From NCBI GenBank assembly GCA_031400935.1, contig JANNQV010000065.1, positions 1 through 64,000 on the forward strand: a stretch of 64,000 nucleotides of DNA. The letters run 5' to 3'. Source of the DNA: Armatimonadota bacterium. Its GTDB lineage: Bacteria > Armatimonadota > Fimbriimonadia > Fimbriimonadales > Fimbriimonadaceae. A program made the position numbers and the translations under genes. Shown here in pieces: positions 36,370 to 45,848 of the stretch (its first letter is position 1; each line of letters begins with the position of its first letter). Below the pieces are notes generated by a model that had not been told where the DNA came from, did no database searches, and was given only the letters and a program-made list of their open reading frames with translations.

Positions 36370-38667
36370 GTGATTCGTGCTGACCTTGCTTCGCTATTTC
36401 AAACCGCCGCCACTTCATTGGCCTCGGGACGCACCGATTTGCCCCAACTCGATATTCTCGAACCGCGCGATCCAAGCCATGGCGATTTCGCTTGCAATTT
36501 CGCATTAGCAGCTTCAAAATTGCTAGGAAAACCGCCAAGGCAAATCGCAGAAGAACTGGTCGCCGCACTTCCCGAAAACGACTTCATCGCCTCAACCGAA
36601 ATCGCCGGCCCTGGGTTTATCAATATTCGGCTCGTGCCTGGAGTCGCGGGGAGATACGTGGCGCAAGTTTTGAATTTGGGAACAAGCTTTGTGAGTGCTG
36701 AGTGTGGAGTGGTGAGTGCAGATTCACCTAATTCACCCCCGTCACCCACTTCACCCATTTCATCCAAGTCACGAATCAACTTGGAATTCGTCTCCGTCAA
36801 CCCCAACGGCCCAATAACGGTCGGCTCGGGGCGAGGGGCGGCGTATGGCTCGACGCTTGGGAATGTGCTCGAAGCAGCGGGTTATGAAGTGCATCGTGAG
36901 TACTACATCAATGATGGCGTTAATTCGGAGCAGATGAGGCTATTTGCGGAAAGTGTCAGGGCATTAGTTCTTGGTAACCCTGTACCCGAAGGAGGTTACA
37001 AGGGAGATTACGTTTATCAGATAGCCGATGAGTTCAAAATTTGGGGAAGGCACCAGTTGAACAATTATCTGGGCAGTAGGACGATTAACCTTGATCCAGA
37101 CTCATTTTCACGTTCAAAGAAGGAGCGAATTAAGCAAATCACTTCTGTACTTTTTGCATGGAAGGGTGGACCGGAGTGGACACAGGAGCAAGTCAGTATC
37201 GAAGCAAAACGTCAGGCTTCGACTCTCACCCCTGAAATTATTCAGATTTGCGGACAGGAATTGATGACAGTGCGCCAGCGAGTAGAATTGATAGCCTTTG
37301 CCGTCTCCTTCGACACATGGTTTTCCGAACAATCTCTCCACGACTCAGGCGCAGTAGACCAATGCGTCCAAGACCTCATTGAAAAAGGCGCTGCTGATGA
37401 AGAACCCATCCGCCGAAAGCTAAAGCTCGTAAAGGGCGGGGTGATTGAGGATGTCTTGGAGGAAGCCCAGGGTGAAGGGGATGAGACGGGTGAATTGGGT
37501 GAAGTGGGTGACTTGGGTGACAAGGATGAACCAATCTACAATCCACAATCAACAATCCAAAATGTCGACAATCCACAATCCACAACCCACAATAAAAACA
37601 CTCTCTGGCTCCGCTCCACCAAATTCGGTGACGACATGGACCGAGTTCTGCGTCGAAAAGATGGCCGACTAACCTACATCGCCTCCGACGTTGCCTACCA
37701 CAAGGACAAGTTCAACCGAGGCTCAAAGCCGAAACCAGATGGAACAACCGAACCTGCTGACAAGCTGATCACCATCCTCGGCCCAGATCACCACGGCTAC
37801 ATCGGCAGGCTGCATGCGGTAGTTGGGGCGCTATTGGAATCAACTGAGCCCCTCCCTTATTCGAGGAACGAGAATGAGGGAGGGGTTGGGGAGGGAGTCC
37901 AACCATTTTCTGAATTGGAACAAAAGTTGTATCGAAGCGCCGCAGAACGAGACGCCTGCCAAACCGCCCTCGCCGAAGCCAGAGAAAGACTCGAGGTCGT
38001 CATTTTTCAAATCGTCAGATTTGTGAAGAACGGCTTGCCCGCCCCGATGCGAAAGCGAGACGGAAACATTTATTCCCTACGGGATTTGATGTCAGAAATC
38101 GGCAAAACCGCCGCTCCAAACGAGCCCGAAGAAGAGCAGATGAGGATCGGCAAAGACGTCGCCAGGTTCTTCTATCTCATGCGCAGCCACGACACGCACA
38201 TGGACTTCGACATTGACCTGGCAACGAAACAAAGTGACGAGAATCCGGTTTTCTATTGCCAATATGCGCATGCGAGGATTTGCTCGATTTTGGAAAGAGC
38301 CTCAAATTCCCCCTCGCCCTTTAGGGAGAGGGGGCAAGGGGGAGAGGGTGGTAATGCGCAACTCAACCTCCTCACACACGAACGAGAGCTCGCTTTGATA
38401 AAGAAGATCTGCGACCTGCCCGACGAGGTCATGCGTTGCGCCGAAGACTATGGTGTCCACCGCCTGACAACCTACGCTCAAGAACTTGCCAAGTCTTTTC
38501 ACTATTTCTACGACGGCTGCCGTGTAATCCAAGCTGACATGCCGGAACTCACTCAAGCCCGCTTGTCGCTGTGCGAAGCTACCAAAATCGGTTTGAAGAC
38601 GGTTTTTGACCTTCTTGGCATCTCAGCGCCAACTCGAATGGAACGATCTGTTGCCACAGAATCGTAG
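36370..38667 (+). CDS. argS: Arginine--tRNA ligase with several in-frame insertions
   Basis: HGDFACNFA, AGPGFINI, EYYINDG, LTYIASDVAYH, GPDHHGY, ENPVFYCQYAHARICSI and LGISAPTRM motifs. Confidence 0.95.
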   Translation: MIRADLASLFQTAATSLASGRTDLPQLDILEPRDPSHGDFACNFALAASKLLGKPPRQIAEELVAALPENDFIASTEIAGPGFINIRLVPGVAGRYVAQVLNLGTSFVSAECGVVSADSPNSPPSPTSPISSKSRINLEFVSVNPNGPITVGSGRGAAYGSTLGNVLEAAGYEVHREYYINDGVNSEQMRLFAESVRALVLGNPVPEGGYKGDYVYQIADEFKIWGRHQLNNYLGSRTINLDPDSFSRSKKERIKQITSVLFAWKGGPEWTQEQVSIEAKRQASTLTPEIIQICGQELMTVRQRVELIAFAVSFDTWFSEQSLHDSGAVDQCVQDLIEKGAADEEPIRRKLKLVKGGVIEDVLEEAQGEGDETGELGEVGDLGDKDEPIYNPQSTIQNVDNPQSTTHNKNTLWLRSTKFGDDMDRVLRRKDGRLTYIASDVAYHKDKFNRGSKPKPDGTTEPADKLITILGPDHHGYIGRLHAVVGALLESTEPLPYSRNENEGGVGEGVQPFSELEQKLYRSAAERDACQTALAEARERLEVVIFQIVRFVKNGLPAPMRKRDGNIYSLRDLMSEIGKTAAPNEPEEEQMRIGKDVARFFYLMRSHDTHMDFDIDLATKQSDENPVFYCQYAHARICSILERASNSPSPFRERGQGGEGGNAQLNLLTHERELALIKKICDLPDEVMRCAEDYGVHRLTTYAQELAKSFHYFYDGCRVIQADMPELTQARLSLCEATKIGLKTVFDLLGISAPTRMERSVATES

Positions 38668-38673
38668 GCGTTC

Positions 38674-39357
38674 ATGATGACTGTCGTAAGCCTGATATTT
38701 CTGACTTTGGCTTCACAACAAGCCGTCACCGAATACACACTTGACCTCTATTACCGCTCTACATGGGTTGGAGAATCAAAAACACGAATCGAACGCACCA
38801 GGCTCCGAGACCAATCCGCAATCAAAACCACACGTACCACTCACGTGACCACTTCATACGGCAGGGTGAAGCCCATGTACACAGAGTTGATTCAATATCA
38901 GACTGAAGAAGAGGCTAATGTTGAACTCCGATACACGTACAGTTCCGGCCTGGAAGCACAAGAAATGACAGTTTTTTGGAAGGGCGATACAGTTGAAATC
39001 ACACGTCGAGGCATGGGCAGTTCTGGCGCTTATGAACCCGTCAAAGAGGTCGTACCTCTCAATAGGGCCAAGCATATCGGAGGCAATCCGCTGGATTTTG
39101 TGCTCTTCGGCAATACAGCCAAACAATCCACCACCAACCTTTCCTTGAATTTCGAGACTAAAAAGCTTGAGGAAAACAAGATTCGGTACGTAGGAGAAGC
39201 AACCCTTGGGATTCAAAAAACACCATGCTTGGAATACCACGTATTGCGAAAAACGGCAATCCTGTACAGAGTGTTCTTGGACAAAGAATCAGAAGTTCCG
39301 CTTCGAATTGAGAGCATTGATGGCTTGCTAATGATTCCCAAGAAGACTAAGCCATAA
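38674..39357 (+). CDS. Hypothetical secreted protein
   Basis: 227-aa ORF with a short hydrophobic N-terminus and beta-rich body, 6 nt after argS. Confidence 0.65.
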   Translation: MMTVVSLIFLTLASQQAVTEYTLDLYYRSTWVGESKTRIERTRLRDQSAIKTTRTTHVTTSYGRVKPMYTELIQYQTEEEANVELRYTYSSGLEAQEMTVFWKGDTVEITRRGMGSSGAYEPVKEVVPLNRAKHIGGNPLDFVLFGNTAKQSTTNLSLNFETKKLEENKIRYVGEATLGIQKTPCLEYHVLRKTAILYRVFLDKESEVPLRIESIDGLLMIPKKTKP

Positions 39358-39360
39358 AAG

Positions 39361-40743
39361 CTACAAAAACTCTCTCGGATCCGTGAATTTCCCGCGTAAC
39401 GCTGTTGCAGCAGCAGTAATGGGCGAAACTAAATGAGTTCTTGCTCCTGGGCCTTGGCGCCCTTCGTACGGACGGTTGGAAGTAGAAGCCGATCTCTCGG
39501 TTGGACGCAAAATGTCTCCGTTCATTCCTAAGCACATCGAACAGCCGCTGAAATGCCATTCGAAACCGGCATCCTTGAAAACCTGATCTAGGCCCTCGGC
39601 TTCTGCAGCCGCGCGAACCGCTTGGCTACCTGGAACCACCATTGCGCGCACTCCTGAAGCGACCTTTTGACCCTTTACAATCGAAGCAGCGTCCCGCAAG
39701 TCTGACAGCCTTGAATTCGTGCACGAACCAATGAAAACCGTGTTGACTTTCACATCTGACATCATCATTCCGGCGTGAAGTCCCATATAACTCAATGCTC
39801 GAACTTCGCCCGCATCTTTCGGCTCTGGAATGGGTTCATTGATGTCAACGGTCATTGCGGGTGTCGTTCCCCAAGTAACCTGTGGAACCAGTTTTGAAGC
39901 GTTGAGGTCAATTTTGAGGTCAAAATCGTCTGGTGAATCGGTTTTCAGTTCCTTCCAATCTTGAATCAGTCGTGCCAAATCGTCGCCCTTCGGTGCGAAT
40001 GGGCGATTTTCTGCTGCCACAAATGCCGCAGTTGTTTCATCAGGCGCGATTAATCCGGCTCTAGCTCCCATTTCGATGGACATATTGCAAATCGTCATTC
40101 TGCCTTCCATCGTAAACCTCTGAATCGTATCGCCAAAATACTCAACGACGTAACCAGTTCCTCCGCTCGCGCCCAACTTGCGTATGACTGCCAGAATCAC
40201 ATCCTTTGCAGTCACTCCCTTGCCAAGTGTGCCGTTGATTTCGATTCCCAGAGCCTTTGGCTTCGACGGCGAACGCAACGTCTGGGTCGCCAAAACGTGC
40301 TCGACCTCGGTCGTCCCAATGCCAAATGCGAGCGCGCCAAAGGCACCGTGTGTGCTGGTATGGCTATCACCGCAGACAATTGTCAGTCCAGGAAGCGTAA
40401 TTCCCAGCTGAGGGCCGATAACATGAACGATGCCTTGGCCAGCTTCTTTGAACCCAAATAAAGGAACTCCAAATTCTTTACAATTCCGGCTCAATGCCGA
40501 AAGCTGTTTTCCTGCAAGCGTTGCTTCGTCAATTTCTCGGCCGTCGGTAGGCACGTTGTGGTCTACGGTTGCAAACGTGAGGTCGGGGCGGCGAACCTTC
40601 CTGCCAGCTTCTCGAAGACCGTCAAAAGCTTGTGGCGAAGTGACTTCATGGACCAGGTGACGGTCAATGTAAAGAAGCGTCCCGCCGCCAGGCAGGTCGG
40701 CGACTTTGTGTCGGTCCCAGACTTTAGAGAAGAGAGTGGGCAT
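39361..40743 (-). CDS. leuC: 3-isopropylmalate dehydratase large subunit
   Basis: [41 protein letters not shown] and [12 protein letters not shown] motifs. Confidence 0.97.
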   Translation of the reverse strand: MPTLFSKVWDRHKVADLPGGGTLLYIDRHLVHEVTSPQAFDGLREAGRKVRRPDLTFATVDHNVPTDGREIDEATLAGKQLSALSRNCKEFGVPLFGFKEAGQGIVHVIGPQLGITLPGLTIVCGDSHTSTHGAFGALAFGIGTTEVEHVLATQTLRSPSKPKALGIEINGTLGKGVTAKDVILAVIRKLGASGGTGYVVEYFGDTIQRFTMEGRMTICNMSIEMGARAGLIAPDETTAAFVAAENRPFAPKGDDLARLIQDWKELKTDSPDDFDLKIDLNASKLVPQVTWGTTPAMTVDINEPIPEPKDAGEVRALSYMGLHAGMMMSDVKVNTVFIGSCTNSRLSDLRDAASIVKGQKVASGVRAMVVPGSQAVRAAAEAEGLDQVFKDAGFEWHFSGCSMCLGMNGDILRPTERSASTSNRPYEGRQGPGARTHLVSPITAAATALRGKFTDPREFL

Positions 40744-40826
40744 CAGTAATTCTATTTTGACTTAGTTGAAGCCATGAAGTTGGTTTGCCGATTCCCCGAT
40801 CATTACGGTATCATTTCAAATCGTCT

Positions 40827-40912
40827 GGGGAGTTGCCCGAGTGGCCAATGGGAACAGACTGTAAATCTGTCAGCGAATGCTTTCACAGGTTCGAATCCTG
40901 TACTCCCCACCA
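40827..40912 (+). tRNA. tRNA-Tyr(GTA)
   Basis: GGGGAGT/ACTCCCC acceptor stem, anticodon arm ACAGA-CT-GTA-AA-TCTGT, long variable arm, GGTTCGAATCC, encoded CCA. Confidence 0.97.
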
Positions 40913-41010
40913 TAAAGTTTGTGGTAAGCGGTTAACAGTAAGCGGTAAGTCGGTACGGCACTGCAAACCGCCAAATGAAAACCGTTCACGAAAGCCCGCC
41001 CACAAAGAGG

Positions 41011-41085
41011 GCCTTTGTAGCTCAGAGGTAGAGCATCCCCTTGGTAAGGGGAAGGTCACGAGTTCGATTCTCGTCAAAGGCTCCA
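41011..41085 (+). tRNA. tRNA-Thr(GGT)
   Basis: GCCTTTG/CAAAGGC stem, TCCCC-TT-GGT-AA-GGGGA, GTTCGATTC, CCA. Confidence 0.97.
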
Positions 41086-41093
41086 GAATTCGT

Positions 41094-41226
41094 GTAGAAC
41101 AGGATTCAACCTGTTTAGAATAGTAGGACAGGATTCATCCTGTCAAGATAAGCAGAACGGAATGAATTCCGTGGACCGGGGTGCGGAAAAAATTCCGCGC
41201 TCCACTAGAGCAAATTCCTCGCTCCT
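41094..41226. repeat. Cluster of short palindromes including two GTAG-footed REP-like units
   Basis: GTAG-AACAGG-attcaa-CCTGTT (41094-41115), GTAG-GACAGG-attcat-CCTGTC (41123-41144), ACGGAA-tgaa-TTCCGT and GGGGTGCGGAA-aaaa-TTCCGCGCTCC. Confidence 0.7.
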
Positions 41227-41274
41227 TTAGGTTGAAAACGTTGAACCCTTGACTTGGAATAAACTCAGTAGTAT

Positions 41275-41351
41275 CGGGATGTAGCTCAGCTTGGTAGAGC
41301 GCTGCGTTCGGGACGCAGAGGCCGAAGGTTCGAATCCTTTCATCCCGACCA
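41275..41351 (+). tRNA. tRNA-Pro(CGG)
   Basis: CGGGATG/CATCCCG stem, CTGCG-TT-CGG-GA-CGCAG, GGTTCGAATCC, CCA. Confidence 0.97.
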
Positions 41352-41436
41352 AATCCAATTCGAGTCATCAAATGATTGACCTATTTGGGTCATTTCTTGC
41401 TTCCCGCAAAAGCGCAAAACTCATTAGCAATCAATA

Positions 41437-41573
41437 TTCACGCAAAGGCGCAAAGCTCGCAAAAATTTTCTTTTGAATTCACTGATTTCGCAATTGAAGT
41501 TACAGTCCGCATGATTTGCGATGACAATTGACCTCGCTGGTACGTCTTTGCGAGCTTTGCGCCTTTGCGTGAA
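41437..41573. repeat. 137-bp element with perfect 27-bp terminal inverted repeats (MITE/REP-doublet-like)
   Basis: TTCACGCAAAGGCGCAAAGCTCGCAAA (41437-41463) and its exact reverse complement (41547-41573). Confidence 0.85.
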
Positions 41574-41596
41574 AATCCGGAAAGAATAATTCCTCG

Positions 41597-41929
41597 CTAC
41601 CCCGGCGGCCAAGCCAACTTACGCCCGCCAAGCAAGTGAACATGAATGTGGTCAACAGTCTGTCCAGCATCAAGGCCTTGATTGATCACGAGCCTATAGC
41701 CATCCTTCAGACCTAGCGATTCGGCAACATTTCGGGCTGAAACGATTAAGTGGCTTGTCGCATCGCCAGGCTCTGCAAACGCAACTCCTGCAATTTCCTC
41801 TCGCGGAACTACAAGCACATGGATTGGTGCCTGCGGATTTATGTCTCGAAAAGCCACGCAGTTTTCGTCTTCGTAAACAATGTCCGCAGGAATTTCGAGA
41901 TTGATGATTCTAGTAAATAGGGTGGCCAT
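41597..41929 (-). CDS. HIT-family (HinT-like) nucleotide-binding protein
   Basis: AFRDINPQAPIHVLVVP and GQTVDHIHVHLLGGR histidine triad. Confidence 0.95.
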   Translation of the reverse strand: MATLFTRIINLEIPADIVYEDENCVAFRDINPQAPIHVLVVPREEIAGVAFAEPGDATSHLIVSARNVAESLGLKDGYRLVINQGLDAGQTVDHIHVHLLGGRKLAWPPG

Positions 41930-42094
41930 TGACTCCCTTTGGAATTCGGAAGAAAACTGAAAATCCCTTCTTTATGTGTCGCATTGTGGAGAGTTTCGGC
42001 CAGTTCACATTCAAAGTGCTAAAAGACTGAATGTTAAACCTGGTTCCAAAGCGGCGTTTGGCATCGGCCGAAATGTACTGCCATAATCCCGCCA

Positions 42095-43093
42095 ATGAAC
42101 TCGCGCGAAGTTTGGTTTGGCAGGTCGTTGGCTGCCCGGATTAAGCGATGCAACCTGCAACCACTTTCGGTGCTCTATTATCTGGGCTGGCAAATCTATC
42201 TTTTGGCGTATCGAATCGGGCTCAAACGAGCCAAAGAACCTCACATTCCTATCGTCGTTGTAGGCAATTTCACTGTCGGAGGAACGGGGAAAACGCCGAT
42301 TACAATTTATGTTGCCCAAGTCTTGATCGAAAGAGGGCTCGAGGTCGTAATCGGTTGCAGCGGATACGGATCCCCAAAATCCGCGAAGGCTAGCCTTGCA
42401 CCAGTTGGTGTTTTGGGACCAAAAGTGTGGGGAGATGAACCTGCTCTGATTCGCGAACTTTTGCCAGACGTACCTTTGATTGTTGGGAGGAACCGAGTAC
42501 TCGCAGCGAAAATTTGCCACGAGAACTTTCCTAATGCTGTGCTCTTGATGGACGACGGATTGCAGCATTTACCTCTGAAAACACACATTAAGATTGCAGT
42601 TGAACCTAAGCAATCGGATAATCGAATGATTTTACCAGCCGGCCCGTACCGCGAGCCTTACAACCACAATAGGGTAGACATCGTTGTTCCGGGCCACTTT
42701 GAGATTCGACGCAAGCTCAGTCATTTTAAGGATCAGGATGGCGGTGGAATTGAGCTTCCAATTTCGCCGACCATGAATGCGCGTGCCCTGGCTGCAATCG
42801 GGAATCCGAATCAATTCTTCGCCGCCCTAGAAACCGTCGGAATTCAGCTTGAAAAGCAATTTGAACTAAAAGATCATGACCCCTTGACCGCTGGTACACT
42901 TCTCGCCTCATTCGATCGAGAAATGCCAACAATTGTAACGCTGAAGGACTGGATGAAACTTCGAGAATTACCTGGAATTTCTAAATGCAAAATTTGGATT
43001 GCTCACGAATCGGTCTCCCTAGAACCTCGGCAAGAGTTTGCCAACTGGCTGCATGAACGACTCCAAAAAACCGCGAAAAAAGTTGCTGAATAA
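42095..43093 (+). CDS. lpxK: Tetraacyldisaccharide 4'-kinase
   Basis: VGNFTVGGTGKTP, GDEP, MDDGLQH, LPAGPYREP and TLKDWMKL motifs. Confidence 0.93.
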   Translation: MNSREVWFGRSLAARIKRCNLQPLSVLYYLGWQIYLLAYRIGLKRAKEPHIPIVVVGNFTVGGTGKTPITIYVAQVLIERGLEVVIGCSGYGSPKSAKASLAPVGVLGPKVWGDEPALIRELLPDVPLIVGRNRVLAAKICHENFPNAVLLMDDGLQHLPLKTHIKIAVEPKQSDNRMILPAGPYREPYNHNRVDIVVPGHFEIRRKLSHFKDQDGGGIELPISPTMNARALAAIGNPNQFFAALETVGIQLEKQFELKDHDPLTAGTLLASFDREMPTIVTLKDWMKLRELPGISKCKIWIAHESVSLEPRQEFANWLHERLQKTAKKVAE

Positions 43094-43970
43094 GGTAGGC
43101 AGCCTTGCATTTCGACTTGGGACCATCGCCTTTGTTCGAAAAGACCCTCTCATGGCCGAACGCATTGGAAAATGGGTTGGACGATTTGCGTTTCGAATAG
43201 CTGGGAAGCACCGGAAACGAGCACTTTCGAATCTGAAACTTGTTTATCCCGAGATTTCCGAGACCGATGCGCGACAGCTTGCGATTCGATGCTTCGAACA
43301 CTTTGGAATGGTCGCGACGGAATTCTTCCGTACGCCGATGCGAACTGAATCCGAAGTTGAACTCGCAATTGAATCCGTTGAGGGCATAGAGCATTGCGAA
43401 TCTGCTCAAAAAGCTGGAAAGGGGTTCATTCTTGTACTAGCTCACTTTGGAAACTGGGAATTTCTTGGTTCTTGGCTGATTCTCAATGGCTTCCCACTCG
43501 TCGCCGTCCAACGCGACGCAAACGATCCTGCAATGAACCGAGAAGTAACCCGTTTGCGAGAGTCCACGGGCATGAAGATGTACTCCCGAGGAAGTGCGGC
43601 CCGGAGTATTTTGGCTGCCCTGAAAGACTCAAAAGTAGTCGGGATTTTAACCGACCAAAACAGCGATGATTCATATTTGCCATTCCTGCGACACGTAGCA
43701 GGCACGGCTGTCGGCGCCGCAACCATCAAAATTCGAACCGGAGTCCCCATGATTCCAACGTACTGCATTCGTACTGGGCCGCATAAGTTTAGACTTGTTT
43801 TTGAGGCAAGTCTTGAGCCAGATGTCGGAGCAGAAAACCCCGTAGAAAACCTCTCGCTGAAAGTCAATCAATCTATTGAGGCCATGATCTTGAAGCACCC
43901 AGAACAATGGCTTTGGTTCCACGACCGATGGAAGAATGCAAGGCGAAAGGGACTTATTCCAGATCAATGA
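43053..43970 (+). CDS. Lipid A late acyltransferase (LpxL/HtrB family)
   Basis: HFGNWE, LTDQ and HPEQWLWFHDRWK motifs; start probably ATG at 43053. Confidence 0.9.
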   Translation: MNDSKKPRKKLLNKVGSLAFRLGTIAFVRKDPLMAERIGKWVGRFAFRIAGKHRKRALSNLKLVYPEISETDARQLAIRCFEHFGMVATEFFRTPMRTESEVELAIESVEGIEHCESAQKAGKGFILVLAHFGNWEFLGSWLILNGFPLVAVQRDANDPAMNREVTRLRESTGMKMYSRGSAARSILAALKDSKVVGILTDQNSDDSYLPFLRHVAGTAVGAATIKIRTGVPMIPTYCIRTGPHKFRLVFEASLEPDVGAENPVENLSLKVNQSIEAMILKHPEQWLWFHDRWKNARRKGLIPDQ

Positions 43971-44920
43971 AATGGTTAATTGTCCGTTACTCCTCCATTG
44001 GCGATTGCGTAATGAGCACTCATGTCGCTTCACGAATTCGGCGAGCGGAGCCTGAATCCCACATCGGTTTTTGGGTGGATTCTGACTGCGCTCCCGTCAT
44101 TGACGTTGAAGGTTTATGTAACACTCGATATACCATCAATCGTAACCTTTGGAAGGAAGACAGATGGTCGCCTTCTGAATGGACCAACGCGCTGAAGTTG
44201 TTTGCTCAAGCGAGACGAAAAAAGTACGACTTTGGCCTTGATTTGCATGGTCACTTCAAGACCGCTATTTGCCTTCGAATTTCAAAGCCAATGCGAAGAT
44301 TGGCACTTCGGGCCACGGACAAATATGCGAAGAAATTGAACCCGATATTCGATATTCCCCAAGGTGATTTTCATCTTGTTGACTGGTCGCTTTTGGCGCT
44401 AAGCGAATTAGCTTCTTTCGATGCTGATTCTTCTCCGATCATGCCGCGACTGGTTGAAGAGCTAGAAAACACGAAGCCATGGATTCATAACTCAAAACCA
44501 ACGGTAAGCATAGCAACTACAGCTGGAAAATGGGATACGAAGTATCCTATCGAGCGTTGGCAGGCAGTAGGCAAAGCATTATCGGATCAAGGCTTTTCAG
44601 TTGTGTTCCTTGGTGGAATGGACGGCGTTCCTTGCGAAGTCGAGGGGACAACTGATTTGGTTGGCAAGCTAACTCTTTCAGAGTCAATGGCGGTAGTTTC
44701 AAGAAGCCAATTGCACTTGGCGGCGGATACAGGAATGGGCCATATCGCGGCTGCCTACGGAATTCCCGTTGTTTCCGTATTTGGTCCAACAAATCCAACG
44801 GCATCCCGTCCATATACTGAAAAAGGAATTGTGCTACAAACATCAAAGGACATTTGTTCCGTTCAAATCGAGCAAGTCATCGAAGCCGCACAAACACTTT
44901 TCAACCTTTATGGAAAATAG
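43967..44920 (+). CDS. Glycosyltransferase family 9 (heptosyltransferase-like)
   Basis: LIVRYSSIGD and DTGMGHIAAAYGIPVVSVFGPT; ATGA overlap with the upstream stop. Confidence 0.9.
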   Translation: MKWLIVRYSSIGDCVMSTHVASRIRRAEPESHIGFWVDSDCAPVIDVEGLCNTRYTINRNLWKEDRWSPSEWTNALKLFAQARRKKYDFGLDLHGHFKTAICLRISKPMRRLALRATDKYAKKLNPIFDIPQGDFHLVDWSLLALSELASFDADSSPIMPRLVEELENTKPWIHNSKPTVSIATTAGKWDTKYPIERWQAVGKALSDQGFSVVFLGGMDGVPCEVEGTTDLVGKLTLSESMAVVSRSQLHLAADTGMGHIAAAYGIPVVSVFGPTNPTASRPYTEKGIVLQTSKDICSVQIEQVIEAAQTLFNLYGK

Positions 44921-45848
44921 CTACTTGATCAGCAGACTTTCTTCATTGGGCGACGTCGTCAATTCGCTTCCGACTGCCGTTGCATTGAAACATGCCTCTC
45001 CAGGCTGCAAAATCAGTTGGCTTGTTGATCCAAGGTTCGCGGGAATCGTTGACCGTTGTTCGGCGGTAGATCGGGTCATTCGTTGGAAGCCAAAATTGCG
45101 AGAGGTCTATAAGCTAGATTTTGGCGAGGATTATACTATAGCGTTCGATATGCAAGGCCTTTTGAAGAGTGCTATTCCTATTTGGAAAGTGAAAGCAGAA
45201 AGGAAACTTGGCTATCATTGGCAACGCGAAGGAGCTTCGCTCTTCGTGCCGTCAGTTCTCCCACAGAATCAATCTTTTCATATCGTTGACCAGCTTTTAG
45301 ATGTTGTTCGCGGGGCAGGATTCGAAGTTCACTCGGTTGGCTACGATCTTCATGCCGATAAGGGTGATATATCGAACGTTTTGTCCAAGCTAAGAGACCT
45401 TGGTCTTACGGGGCGATTTGTAGCTATAAACGCTGGTTCGGCTTGGCCGTCAAAACGGTGGGAACCCTCTCACTTCGCTACGGTCATTGACCAGTTGTCC
45501 GAAAATGGAATCCAATCTGTTTTGATCGGAACAAGCGTTAAAGCGGATCGAGAAGCTGCGGATCAAGTCATTTTCGAAAGTAAGAGTTCGCCCATAGATA
45601 TGTTGGGGCAAACGACCGTTGTCGAATTGATTGCACTGTTATCCCAAGCCTCGGCGCACCTAGCGGGAGATACAGGTAGCCTCCATATTGCGAACGCATT
45701 GGGGACTCCGTTGGTGGCATTGAATTCGATTACAAAACCGCATCGAACCGGCCCTTATGGAAAGCTCGAATTCTGTCACTACGATCCAATTCACTTGAAT
45801 AACATCAATCCCGGCAAAGTATTAGATTCCTTGATGAGCGTTTTATGA
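44910..45848 (+). CDS. Glycosyltransferase family 9 (WaaC-like heptosyltransferase)
   Basis: LISRLSSLGDVV, DMQGLLKSA, WPSKRW and GDTGSLHIANALGTP; start at ATG 44910. Confidence 0.9.
   Translation: MENSYLISRLSSLGDVVNSLPTAVALKHASPGCKISWLVDPRFAGIVDRCSAVDRVIRWKPKLREVYKLDFGEDYTIAFDMQGLLKSAIPIWKVKAERKLGYHWQREGASLFVPSVLPQNQSFHIVDQLLDVVRGAGFEVHSVGYDLHADKGDISNVLSKLRDLGLTGRFVAINAGSAWPSKRWEPSHFATVIDQLSENGIQSVLIGTSVKADREAADQVIFESKSSPIDMLGQTTVVELIALLSQASAHLAGDTGSLHIANALGTPLVALNSITKPHRTGPYGKLEFCHYDPIHLNNINPGKVLDSLMSVL

Noticed and set aside
36129..36383. 84-aa ORF with PHTPYP repeats
   Set aside because: Translation of the heptamer arrays; no sign of a real gene.
37025..37600. Intein or intron explaining the long argS
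   Set aside because: No Cys/Ser-start and His-Asn end motifs and no LAGLIDADG; the extra length is spread over several short inserts.
40827..41600. Prophage or integrative island at the tRNA cluster
   Set aside because: No integrase, no duplicated tRNA 3' end, and the flanking genes are housekeeping.
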